Assembly: GCA_973895155.1 (NCBI GenBank)
Contig: OZ316896.1
Span: 4,779,925 to 4,843,924 of the forward strand
Length of the DNA: 64,000 nt
Direction of reading: 5' to 3'
DNA from: Marsupella aquatica
Lineage: Eukaryota; Plantae; Marchantiophyta
Made by a program: the position numbers and the translations under genes. Below are positions 25,917-37,263 of the stretch, piece after piece (the stretch's first letter is position 1; every line of letters starts with the position of its first letter). The notes beneath the pieces are model-generated. The model was not told the DNA's origin, did not search any database, and worked only from the letters and a program-made list of their open reading frames with translations.

Positions 25917-27291
25917 ATGGTGGGCGGTATGGAAGTGCGCAGCAACAAGTTCGTGGAGCAGTGGGCCGCCAATCGCGAAAACTTGGAGGTGGCTTTCCGT
26001 TTCAATCGGCGCACGGTCCCGATTTGCCTGACTTTCGGCGTTTTTGTGCCGCTGCTGACCTACTATGGAATTGTCGCGGAATTCGTAAGTGCAGTAGGAG
26101 ACCCCTGATTGCTTTCCCTGTTTTTCTCTTTGGTTCCCTATCAGTATTCTGTGACCTACTGTCCTCTGGTCCATCCCGTCCCGTCGCTTGTATGCTTTAC
26201 CCGAGTTTCAGGTTCAGGAATGGCTGAAAGTTGTTGATTCCTTTGGTTTTCGTTCTTCACTCGCCGAGTTGCGCACTCTAATTCTGCCCAAGAGCTTGAT
26301 TACCGACCTTGAAGGTCACCTTTCCTGGGGCCGTAACATAGTTTGTCAGGCCTTCAGGTCGCCGGCAATTGTGGTAACTTGCTGTGTGTAAGGATGACCT
26401 CGTATTCTACTTTATCCTGCCAACAGGGATAACATATTTATCCGTGAGCAATGTCGCTTAAATGACCTGAAGTCCACATTTGAAACGACTGACCTCGTGT
26501 GAGCTGCTCCATTTTTTCACCGACAGACTCTCAACATTACGATTTGTTTTCATTTTACTTGGGAACTGTGTTTTGCAATCAAGGATGCAAGCTTGCTTGA
26601 AAGAGGTTTGAATTTCAAGTTTTTCTTAATGGGAAGCTTGTTTGCCTGCAGGTTTTGCAGTTGATGTATTTTGTTCTGTCAGTCACAAAATAGTGAGTGA
26701 GCCAATGTTTAGAAGGGTGCCAACATCCATGTTCTTGTTTGTTGAGGGCTTTGAGAGATTTTGGAACACTCATATGCTTGTGAGGAAAGTGGATGGTCTG
26801 TAGAGAATGTAGAAAGCGTACTGATGGAGTCTTCACAAGAAGTCGGTGCAACGGAGTGTAAATCCTTTGGACGGAGGGAAAGTTCCTAGCATTGTCTGGG
26901 ACTGGCTTTAGCCACTACCGGGGCCACTACATGCCATAGATACTTGTTTGTGTAGTTATGTTTCCTTTTGTTGATGTCTGTGTTCTCCATCCGTGGGTGA
27001 TTTGTTTTTCTGGTTACTCTTCAAGAGCTGCTTGAGTGCATGTCTTCTTGTTATTCTGGGTCTTTTTTGCTGAGATGGTTACCTTTTAATATGAAGACTT
27101 CATTTGGTCCTGTTGTTCTCACCTTCCCGGGTGCGAAGCAAACCAGCCAAGGAGTTCCTTTCCTGTGGTGGCTTTGGTTCTGTTTAGCAAATTGCAAGAC
27201 GCAGAACAAGTCTTACAAGGAATTCATCGACTCTGTGCAGAAAAAGCAGGATAAGCTGGAAGGAAGGTCCCGCAGGTTTTTGGGGGACTGA
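25917..27291 (+). CDS. NDUFB4: Mitochondrial complex I accessory subunit B15 (plant NDUFB4 type); exons 25917-26084 and 27241-27291; 72 aa
   Basis: MVGGMEVRSNKFVEQWAANRENLEVAFRFNRR...FGVFVPLLTYYGIVAEF|KKQDKLEGRSRRFLGD* matches the plant B15 pattern (GGME..NKF.E.W...RENLE..FR..RR, one TM helix, C-terminal GR..R.FL). The intron is phase 0, GTAAGT...TGCAG. Confidence 0.88.
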
Positions 27292-28940
27292 GCAATGGGA
27301 GAAAAACTTCTTTCGACAAGCTTATACTGAGCTACTTTAGGTTGATTTTCTTAAAGAAGGTGAAATGTGAAAGAAGCCTCTCCAATAGGGAGGAATTGGA
27401 GATACCTACACAACATCTGTTTCATTGTATATTGCGATGCAAATCCTGTCTCTACTGTTGCCCGCAATGAAGGTGAAACCGACAACGAAATGTTCCTAGC
27501 ATTTATCAGGCGAATATGCTGACTAGGATTCCTTCCGAATGATCTCTTGGCCGGGATTATAGTATCAGGACTTCCCTCGCAGCTGTCGATTGGGGCCCAA
27601 ATAAAGACGGCATGAACTGAATTGAATTAAATACAATTCTTTTGATACCTCATTAGGTCCTTGAGGGACATGGGAGTAAGAGCACCAAGCGGCTGTATTG
27701 AAGGGTATCATTCTGATTTCTAATGAGTTCTATCTTCCCACACAGCCGCATGGCAGACAGAGGCAAGTTCCATCTCGGCACACAGCCACATGGCAAGTGA
27801 CATGCAAGTCATCAATCCTGCAGAGTTCAGGTGCTTTGAGAATATCCTATCTTATTGCATCACACGAATCAAAGGTTGTAGTTTTGCGCTGTGGACAGAG
27901 GCAGGTTCGCACACGATTTTCTTAAAACCGAGTAAAGGAAGCCAACACACTAATTGGGAATCCCAAGCTTCAACTAGACATATGTTAAGAAATTGTTGCT
28001 TGCGTAAACTCACGAAAAACTTCTCTGGCTTAACACAGGCTCAACAGCTCAAATTCATGTCATTGGCTTGTGTATCAAGAGGTCACTGATTCAATTCGTT
28101 TATGTCAGGTATGGGCTTGGTAATTTATTCAGGTTTTCTTTGTGTGTGAAGGGAGGCAGTAAGCGGTCCCTCCTTCCCCTCTTGGGCTGCGGCTCCTTGG
28201 GGGCACTAGATTCTTTATGTTCTGGGAGGCTTAATATTTGAATTCTATTCGGCCAGATATCTGGAGTGTCATATGAATGGAAACTTAAGCAGGGGAAGGA
28301 AAACAACAAAAACCTGACTTAGATTCTCAGATCTGATGCAGCGCGGGGAAAAAGTTACCAAAGTATTAGTCATACAACTGACAGTGAGCGATTGACAACT
28401 TATTACCTCACCAAAGTTTCTTGTGAAAATGCATCGGCTATGTCAATTGACAAATGAACATGATAAAGTCTTATGACTTGCCCCACATTCACCTTAGGAC
28501 GGTTTCCGCTTGAGCTAAAACGATGTTGAAAACAACTAGATTTCATTTGGTCCTTGCTAAGAAATATGTCGAGCAGTAGTCCAAGCTAACCTGTACCAAA
28601 AATGATCGACAACCATTCATTCCAGGAGCTGAAGTTCGTTTAGGACAACCATTCATTCCACTACTCCCGTTTAAGAATCCATTTTTCTCGCGAGGATCGA
28701 TGGAGGAGCCTTTTGGTTGTTCTGGTCCAACTACTCCCATCTAAGACTGGCTAATTGGAGTAAGCCGGTGCACTAGCTGTTGAAGTGGAGTGCTGGCAAC
28801 GCTGAAGTTCTGGTAACGAGGATGTACCAACAGAAACATTCCATTTGTGTCAAACTCAATATCGAAAGGAGAGTCCTTCAGAAATAATATTTATTCAGGA
28901 TGAGAGACCATTTCTTCCTCCGAAATCCACTCTTACACTT

Positions 28941-29040
28941 TGAACACCGCAAAAGTGAAATTAAACACGTAAGTTCATGTGGTGGCTCCTATGAACACCG
29001 CAAAAGTGAAATTAAACACATTAGTTCATGTTGTGGCTCG
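28941..29040. repeat. Tandem duplication (~51 bp x2) at the 3' flank of the H4 pseudogene
   Basis: tgaacaccgcaaaagtgaaattaaacac...agttcatgt(g/t)gtggctc occurs twice. Confidence 0.8.
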
Positions 29041-29051
29041 AAAGTTTCAGA

Positions 29052-29365
29052 CTAGCCGCCAAATCCGTATAGTGCCTTCCCTCATCTTTTGAGGGCATAT
29101 ACCACGTCCATGGCGGTCACTGTCTTCCGGTTGTCATGATCGGTATAGATGACGGCGTCTCCTACAATATTTACAAGAAATAATTTCAGGACACTGCGAG
29201 TCTCTTCGTAAACCAGACCGCTGATACGCTTCACTCCACCTCTCTTCGAGCGAGACGGCGGATCGCCGACTTTGTTATGCCCTGGATGTTGTCACGGTGC
29301 ACCTTGCTGTGTCGCTTGGCACCCCCTTTCCCGAGGCCCTTAGCACCCTTTCCAGCTCCAGCCAT
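29052..29365 (-). pseudogene. H4: Pseudogene of the divergent histone H4 variant
   Basis: Paralog of 31217-31528, 314 versus 312 bp. Has a +2 frameshift at the RR|GG codons (~29240) and a TGA at the Q93 position (AAA AGA TGA). Flanks ~29023-29905 align with ~31187-32290. Confidence 0.9.
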
Positions 29366-29604
29366 TGCTGCTGTATTTTCCATTAGTGATTGTCTCGGAA
29401 AAAAATCACCTCTCGCCCAGCAGATGGGAGTAAAGTGAGAGATGTAGACTGTCTTCAACTAGAGACTCCAGCAAGATGTACCTTGTAGCAACAGGTAATG
29501 CTAATAAACGTTCAAGTAAAAGCCAGGCAGAAAAGAACATGAGCAACTGCCGCTAACGATTCACTGAATCACCTGAACAACTGTGAGGATAACTCTCACT
29601 CAAG

Positions 29605-29674
29605 CCTTAAATGGACATTCGGGTGGATTTTGAGTCATTGTTCAGTCACTCAGCAATATCGTTATCTGCAGCTC
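29605..29674 (-). promoter_or_regulatory. Shared histone-variant upstream module (H4 pseudogene; 4 bp longer spacing)
   Basis: ccttaaat...tttgagtcattgttcagtcactcagcaatatcgttatctgcagctc. Confidence 0.6.
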
Positions 29675-31216
29675 GTGTCATCCGTCAATTTTCATCACAT
29701 ACTGATGGCTAACACCCATCTTGTGCCGACTTCCTGAAGGTAAGTTGATCTGAAAGGCTCATGAAAATTTTACTAGCCCTGCATATGAAGGTCATCTGTC
29801 ACACATCAGAAAGAGCGATACTTTTGGTTCAAATGTTTTGTCAAACGTCAGTGTTTATCAGCAAACGTATTTGTGTTTATCATCAGTTAGATATGCACTC
29901 TACCACATATCCTCAGCCAGCATTCAATCGGAACGGACTGTCATTACAGGAGATTGACGATCCTTGCGACTACATGTCCCTTGCGCTGTTCTGTTATTGG
30001 GGGTAAAAACATTTGCTTCTCTGTCGAGAGGTGTCAGCGTCAGTGCCAGTGGATGATTGTGCAAGACAAGTATGTCCGGCCTTGTTCGAGAGTTGGAAGA
30101 ACTGAATCATTACAATCAAAGACCCGGTAAAGTTCGTCCTATTTATCCAATTGAAAACTCATCCACACTCTGTACGGGATAAGTCTGAAAAAGCCGAGAC
30201 GAATATCCATCTACCCATCAACGCGGACTCAGGGTAGTGAGTGTGTTGGCTCTGTTAATCTTGGGCAGCGCTGTTCGTTTACAGGCCAGGAATCAATCAA
30301 CGACGAATCTTTTGACAATTTGAGCTGCAATGTCCCATGGGTTGAACTTGTCAAATTCAAGTTTGGGGCGGGGTACGAGTAAGGCCGTTCAATATTTGAT
30401 GTAGAGCGGCTCCGATTTGTTCTGTGCACATTTCGACTACTACTGCATTTCGCAATTCGACTACCATTACATCGTCACAATTCGACTACTCCATTAATAC
30501 ACTGATAGCCCTTCCCATCCCTCCATTAGTTGAAGTTACGACCCTAATGCCGGCAGCTATGCTGGCAGAGCGGTTACTATACATGATAAATCATATCGAG
30601 ATTAATTATGGGATTTGATCAGAAGGGAATTTCTTGCAAACCGTTGATGTAATATACAATGCCTGCAGCGGCGATGGTCCTGTCTACTACATAAATTCAA
30701 AGATGTGTATTATTTAGAAGGCCTTTCTCCAAAGCTACAGTCCTCTTGAGTATTTTCTCGAAAGATCTTGAATGTAATCATTTGGTGCAAATATTGCAAT
30801 TGCTTCCTTGCGCTCTGTCAAGATGGGCTCTTATAATTCAGTTCAAACATGGCCTTCAAATTGCGGATAGAATAGATCGCGATAGATCAAAGGTTGAAGA
30901 TCAAAGGTTAAATAGTTACGACTGTTTGTCCGGCAAGCAAATGAAGTCTCTTGTTCAGAGAACTTTTAAATCGTAGGAACCAAAGACAGAAACATGATCA
31001 ACTGAAAGCAAAGCTCCCATTAAGGTAGAACAGAATCAAATGTCTTAAGATCGATCTTATGGCACAACCAAGATGCTAGTTAAAAGAGTTTCCAGACAGG
31101 CATCCTAATACTGATTTGTAATCTCCTCAAAGTCTTGTTGTCGGATTTATATTATTATCATTGCAGATGTGCATATTATGCACAAAAGTTCATGTGGGTG
31201 GCTCGAAAGTTTCGGA

Positions 31217-31528
31217 TTAGCCGCCAAATCCGTATAGTGCCTTGCCCTGTCTTTTGAGCGCATACACCACGTCCATGGCGGTCACTGTCTTCCGGTTGGC
31301 ATACTCGGTATAGATGACGGAGTCTCCTATAATATTTACAAGAAATAGTTTCAGAACACTGCGAGTCTCTTCGTAAACAGGACCACTGATACGCTTCACT
31401 CCACCTCTTCGAGCGAGACGGCGGATTGCAGGCTTTGTTATGCCCCGGATGTTGTCACGGAGCACCTTGCTGTGTCGCTTGGCGCCCCCTTTCCCGAGGC
31501 CCTTAGCACCCTTTCCAGCTCCAGCCAT
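31217..31528 (-). CDS. H4: Divergent histone H4 variant (103 codons, intronless CDS)
   Basis: [103 protein letters not shown]: exact H4 length, intact ORF, 18 differences from canonical plant H4. Confidence 0.93.
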   Translation of the reverse strand: MAGAGKGAKGLGKGGAKRHSKVLRDNIRGITKPAIRRLARRGGVKRISGPVYEETRSVLKLFLVNIIGDSVIYTEYANRKTVTAMDVVYALKRQGKALYGFGG

Positions 31529-31770
31529 TGCTGCTGTATTTTCCATTAGTGATTGTCTCGGAAAAAAATCACCTCTCGCCCAGCAGATTGGAGTAATGTG
31601 AGAGATGTAGACTGTCTTCAACTCGAGCCTACAGCAAGATGTACCTTGTAGCAACAGGTAATGCCAAAACACGCTCAAGTAAAGCCAGGCAGTAGCGAAG
31701 ATGAGCAACTTCCGCTAAGTACTCACTGAATTACCTGAAAACAACTTGTGAGGATAACCTCTCACTCAAG

Positions 31771-31836
31771 CCTTAAATGGACATTCGGGTGGATTTTGAG
31801 TCATTGTTCAGTCATCAATATCGTTATCTGCAGCTC
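31771..31836 (-). promoter_or_regulatory. Shared histone-variant upstream module with TATA-like box (intact H4)
   Basis: ccttaaat...tttgagtcattgttcagtcatcaatatcgttatctgcagctc; 51 bp from ccttaaat to cgttatc, the same as in both H2A copies. Confidence 0.7.
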
Positions 31837-32195
31837 GTGTCATCCGACAACTTTCATCACACACTGACGACTAACATCTATGTCGTGTCAACTCCCTGAA
31901 GATAAGCTGATCTGAAAGGCTCATGGAAATTTTACGAGCCCTGCATAATTATGAAGGTCATCTGTCACACATCAGAAAGAGTGGCTCAAATGTTTTGTCA
32001 AACGACAGTCCTCTCTCGTGTCATCCGACAACTTTCATCACACACTGACGACTAACATCTATCTCGTGTCAACTCCCTGAAGATAAGCTGATCTGAAAGG
32101 GTCATGAAAATTTTACGAGCCCTGCATATGAAGGTCATTTGTCACACATCAGAAAGAGTGGCTCAAATGTTTTGTCAAACGACAGTCCTCTCTCT
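31834..32195. repeat. Tandem duplication (~180 bp x2) upstream of the intact H4
   Basis: ctcgtgtcatccgacaactttcatcacacactgacg...gtcaaacgacagtcctctctc occurs twice; the pseudogene flank has one copy. Confidence 0.85.
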
Positions 32196-32829
32196 TTCAA
32201 CAACACGATTTGCCACCTAGGATGTGTTTGTTACAATTTGTTGGTCGTGACGTATTTGTGTTTATCGTCAGTTAGATATGCACTCTACCACAGATTGGAA
32301 CATTGTACGAAGTGTTTTTCAAGTCTTCCTAGCTGTGACACAGTTGTCAATCAGTAAGCTTTTGGCAGCCCAGCTCCAGTTTAAATATTGAACGAATTAG
32401 ACCAAAAGTCACAATGAGGTCTGACTAGGCCAAACCATTCATTGTATTTTTTTTTAGCTCTTGGAATTACATCAGTTACCTGTCAGTCAGTTATTGGCAC
32501 CTCAGCTCCCGTTGAATTCGGCAAACTCCACCAAAAGTCACAATTAAGTGGGGATCCCATCATGAAATGTAGTTTTAGGGCTTTGGGCATGCTGTCATGT
32601 CCACTACTTCTCCAGGACTCACAAAATGGATCCTGATCACGGATAAGGGCTCCAGTCGCGCATGGGTGGGGAGGGGGGGGCGGCGAGTGAGTGGAGTGAT
32701 GGTGAAATGGGGAAAAGGGGGAGGTTAAGGTTTAAAAGGAACATAAGAGGAAAAAGGTTTAAAAGGGGTAAAAAAACACCTTTCATTTTGTTATACTTTT
32801 GTGGTTGTCATAGCCATTGTTTTGTGCAA

Positions 32830-34172
32830 TGACATCTTTTATTCAAGAATTTTTTGTACAAGGAGAAAAAAGAAAAAAAGAAAAGGAAACTTTTGTGGCT
32901 ACCGTAGCCAGTATTTTGCACAATGATATCTTTCACTCAACAAAAATTTTTGTGCAATAATATATTTTAACAAATTTATTTTTTTATTCAACGATATCTT
33001 TTGCACCACAATCTATTTCTCAACAACATCTTTAACCAAACAACATCTTTTATGCAATGCACGGGGATTGAAAGGATATTGACAGAATGATCATCTTTGC
33101 TAAACCCAAAAACCCTAAACCTGAAACCGATAATATAACGTACGTTGCACAAATGTATAGAGTGGTCGCCATTCAAATGCAATTATGGCATTTTGGGTAA
33201 AAAACAAAACAAAGAAAAAGACTAGCTCCTTCTCTCCTTGACTTTTTACTTCCTAACATCTTTCTTATAACGACAACTTGGATGAAACAACACCTTTTTT
33301 CTTATTGTAGAGGTTAACTCAGTCTTGGGTTGAACTATGGTTAGTATGTTAACTAGGGTTAGAGTAAACCCTAGTTGAAGAGATTGGTCCTTATCTCTTC
33401 AACTTCTATGTGGTGTGAGAACACACAAGAGAGTTCTCAAGAGAGAACACAGTGATATAGCAAGAGGTTAGAGCTTGAAGAGATGGGAGCTATTAATGGT
33501 GATGCTTGAGTAGACACATAACCGTAAGTTAATAAAGCTTGGTCTTCCCGTGGACGTAGCCAACCTTGAGGCGAACCACGTAACTATTGAGCACGTGTAT
33601 GTTTGGAGTATTTTTCCTGATCTGATTTCTCCCCACACTTTAACATCTTTTACTTCACAATATCTTTGGCAAAATGACACCTTTTATTTATCAACATCTT
33701 TCACATAATGACATCTTTGGCAAAATGACTTCTTTTTTCTTAACATCTTTTTATTTTAGGACCATCTTTCACATAACAACATCTTGGGTGACACGACATC
33801 TTTTTTTCTTAACGACATCTTTTTATTTTAGGACATCTTTCACACAACAACATCTTGGGCGACACAGCATCTTTTTTTCTTAACGACATCTTTTGTGCAA
33901 CGCACGGGTATTTTCCCTCAAAGATATCTTGGCTGACACGACATCTTTTCCCTCAATGACGTCTTTGCCGACACCACATCTCTTTTCTCAACGACATCTT
34001 GGCCAACATGACATCTTTTTGTAGGAGAAAGTGACTTCTTTTCTCTCAACAACCTCTTGGCCGACACGACATCTTTTCTCTCAATGACATCTTGGGTGAC
34101 ATGACATCTTTTTTCTCAACGACATCTTGGCTGACACGACTTCTTTTGTGCAACGCACGGGTATTGAGCTAG
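32830..34172 (+). mobile_element. Helitron-like 3' part, duplicate in copy B (interrupted by the solo LTR)
   Basis: Ends tttgtgcaacgcacgggtattgagCTAG|T at 34172; an extra gtgcaacgcacggg motif lies near 33895. Confidence 0.58.
33306..33637 (+). mobile_element. Solo LTR (probably Ty1/copia type), ~332 bp
   Basis: Absent from the paralogous site in copy A (cttat|aacatc). Starts TGTAGAGG, ends CCCCACA, with a degenerate target duplication CTTAT / CTTT(A). Contains cccgtggacgtagcc...ggcgaaccacgtaa, a motif common in plant copia LTRs. Confidence 0.75.
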
Positions 34173-36631
34173 TATAGCATATAGCAGCCTCAAAATGTAT
34201 CTGTGGGTTTCCCAGAATATTAAGTCTTGATAGTCCGAGTGGTTTCCTGAGAATCCCTAATGGATTTTCTTGCACATCTATTTTATGAGTAATAATGTGT
34301 CTGTGGGTTTCTCAGATTATTAAGCCTGGATGGACCCAGGATTTTCAGAACCTAAAAAAACAAGCCTTGGATAACACTCTCTATAGTTTTGACTAAAATG
34401 TGACTTGTACACGAGTTCCTAATTATTGTTTGTAGTTGATTCCTGATCTTTAAGGGGGTGGTAGGTCACTCCTCATGCACAAACTACTCACTCAGGGAGT
34501 CATTCATAAAAGTGAAAAGTTATTCCCCAAAGTGGCAGGTTGCAGTTCATGCCCACTCAGGATATTGTTCACAAAAGTTGAAACACCCATTTTTAGTGGG
34601 TTTATTTAATTTGACCAGTTTTTCCCTCTTTAACAATGGAGCAAATGATGTTGGAAAAATCCCAAACTTTGTCAGGTTACAGATTGAACATCAGATGACA
34701 TGTAACAAAAATTTGGGCTTGAGTATAGATCCAAAAGCTGTCCATGCAAGTCAACTTGACACAAGTCTACCAAAATTTAGATGCACAAGTCTGCCAAAAG
34801 TCAACATTCTACAGTTGGTTTGGGGATCTAAAAAACTTTAATCAGGGTACCCTTCTCAGAAATGAAACGCCAGTCCAACAGCAGTCAATCAGTGTGATTT
34901 TAGGGTGTAAAGTAAGGAGGTGGAGTACACAGTCCATGGTAATGGGCAAAATAAACTCTGGGACCATCCGGGATTAACTTTGGGATTTACATGTTAAAAA
35001 GAATGATAGACAAAGCCAGTGAGGCATTCTGGATCAACAATGAACTCATGATACACTTCTCCTGGTTCTTTGTTAATAAGAAACATAGGAAAGCCAACGA
35101 GGCTTCTTGGATAAACAATTATGACTCTGTATGCTACTCAGGATAGACAAGAATTATGTACAGCACAAAACCCACTAGGAGCTCCGGACTTTATGAGAAC
35201 AAGCTCCAAAGGTTTACTGAACTTCCACTGTGGCATATTAATAAGCTTGCCAAAGATTTGGAAACCTAGAAGCCTGAGCAAAGGTGTTTCTCTAATGGGA
35301 AAATGAGCGGATATTGGTGATCGGAGTTCAGATGAGGATTTGGAAGGAGATTTGACTGGCTCTGCATCAATATGGCATGGTTGTAGGGGATGACGGATAC
35401 ATATGAGGATTTCTGGCAAAGGCGAACAAGAGTTGAGTTGGGCATATGGCGAGGGATTTTGGTCAAGATGGTGGGATCCATTGGTTGATAATGTGGCCGT
35501 GGTTGACTGCAGTCCATTATGGACGTTTGATCTGCCTTGAAGTAGTTGGTGCTGGTCATCTCTTCGATTCAGCTAGGTTTTGTGTTGTTTTAGTTTAAAT
35601 AAGAGTAGTGGCGCAAAGATGGTTCCTTGAATGTATGACAATAGTGGTTATCAAGAGCAATGTTGTAGCATTACCAAATTTTAGGATTTGCATTAGTTAG
35701 CTAAGCTATCCCTGGCCACCAAAAATTATTCTTAAATGATAAGGCTGTGAAAGAAAGTGTTATCAAGGCTTCCAATAAATTTGTATTTGCCTCACTAATA
35801 TTGTGCCAAGGATGTGGCTACAGTCTAAGGATGGATGACAAACTCCAGTGGGAATTGTTAGTGCAATTTTAAGTTGTAACCCAATACAGAGCACTTTGTC
35901 TACTTATAAACATTACCAAGTTAGAACATAACTCTACAGCTTGAGATTCAATTAGGTCCTCATACGATGTGACCAACACCAAATCAATTATAGGAAGTCA
36001 CCAACTTCCCATTCACAGCACTTTGAGGCACTTGATATGAAAACTACACACGTAGCAAGATGCCCTGAAAGGGCAAGATACACAAGTCAGAGAGAAATAA
36101 TTTCCAGATGCTCTTTACACCCTGACAGTGACAACGAGTTACAAAGAGAGTGACTGACTCTTTACATCAAAACCCATCTCAAAGGGACTTTTCCATTAAG
36201 ACCGCTCAATCATATACTTGCTCTTAAAACAGACTGAGTCTTTATTGACTGTACAGTAGTGGTTTAGACCTTTCCTGGAGCGGGCTGGTAGAATAAATGT
36301 ACCAGTCAGAATAGATCATTATTTTGCCGCTTACACTAGGAGTAGGGCTGAAAGACATGCTACTCCGCAAACCCATAATACCTCCAAAATTGGGTAAACT
36401 GTATATCCACATAAATAAAATGTGAAACCTAAGACGCTCTATATACACGTAAGCTCAAGATGGGCTAAATGATGCCTAATGGGATAGATCACAGATGACT
36501 ATTTACAATCCCCACAACGGATGCTACATCTTAGAACTGGGAACACCAGGTTTAATGTGTTTTCGGTGCTGGTTCGGTGCAGGTGTGATCCTGTCTGCCT
36601 GCATTTGCTTGCAGCAGTCTCTTCCTCGAAG

Positions 36632-36997
36632 TCAGTCCGTCTGGGGTTTGGGAAGCAAGACGGCGTGGATGCTGGGTACGACACCACCCTCAGCAATGGT
36701 CACACCAGCAAGCAGTTCTGCCAACTCCTTATCGTTGCTGATAGCCAATTGAATGTGTCTTGGCGTGATCCTGGCCTTTTTGCTGTCGCGGCAACCATGT
36801 CCTGCCAGCTCGAGGACCTCTGCAGTGAGGTACTCCAAAACGGCAGCAAGATACACAGAGGCACCAGCACTGACTCGTTCGGAATATTTGCCCTTCTTCA
36901 AATTTCCGGCTATCCTTGCCACAGGGAACAGCAAACCTGCCTTGTGCGACTTGGAGATCGCTTTCTTCTTCGCCTTGCCATGACCTCTTCCTGCCAT
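36632..36997 (-). CDS. H2A: Divergent histone H2A variant, copy 2 (121 aa, ends LLPKPQTD)
   Basis: Intact ORF. By eye it differs from copy 1 at 3 synonymous sites, 2 amino acids (GHAC>GHGC, PKT>PQT) and the stop codon (TAA>TGA). Confidence 0.93.
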   Translation of the reverse strand: MAGRGHGKAKKKAISKSHKAGLLFPVARIAGNLKKGKYSERVSAGASVYLAAVLEYLTAEVLELAGHGCRDSKKARITPRHIQLAISNDKELAELLAGVTIAEGGVVPSIHAVLLPKPQTD

Positions 36998-37197
36998 TGT
37001 GAAGAACACGACTAGCTAATAGAAAGGTACCTGGGGCCGTCCCGGGCGTCGTAAGGTTCTTACAAACAGAATGCTTCGAAGAAATGTTCGAAGAATTGAC
37101 ACTCAGGATGAATGCGAGCAAGAGTGACGTACTTGTGGACCCACAAGAATTGTAGCGAAAGAATTGAAGCTAATGAAAGAAACCCTGCCATTTCAGC

Positions 37198-37263
37198 CCT
37201 TAAATACAAGTAACGGATGCCTTTGCGTCATTTGTCAGTCAAGAATAACGTTATCTGCAGCTC
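37198..37263 (-). promoter_or_regulatory. Shared histone-variant upstream module (H2A copy 2)
   Basis: Duplicate of 18098-18163. Confidence 0.7.

Noticed and set aside
28543-28740. 65-aa minus-strand ORF with a repeated GMNGC
   Set aside because: Explained by a short local duplication; no coherent gene model.
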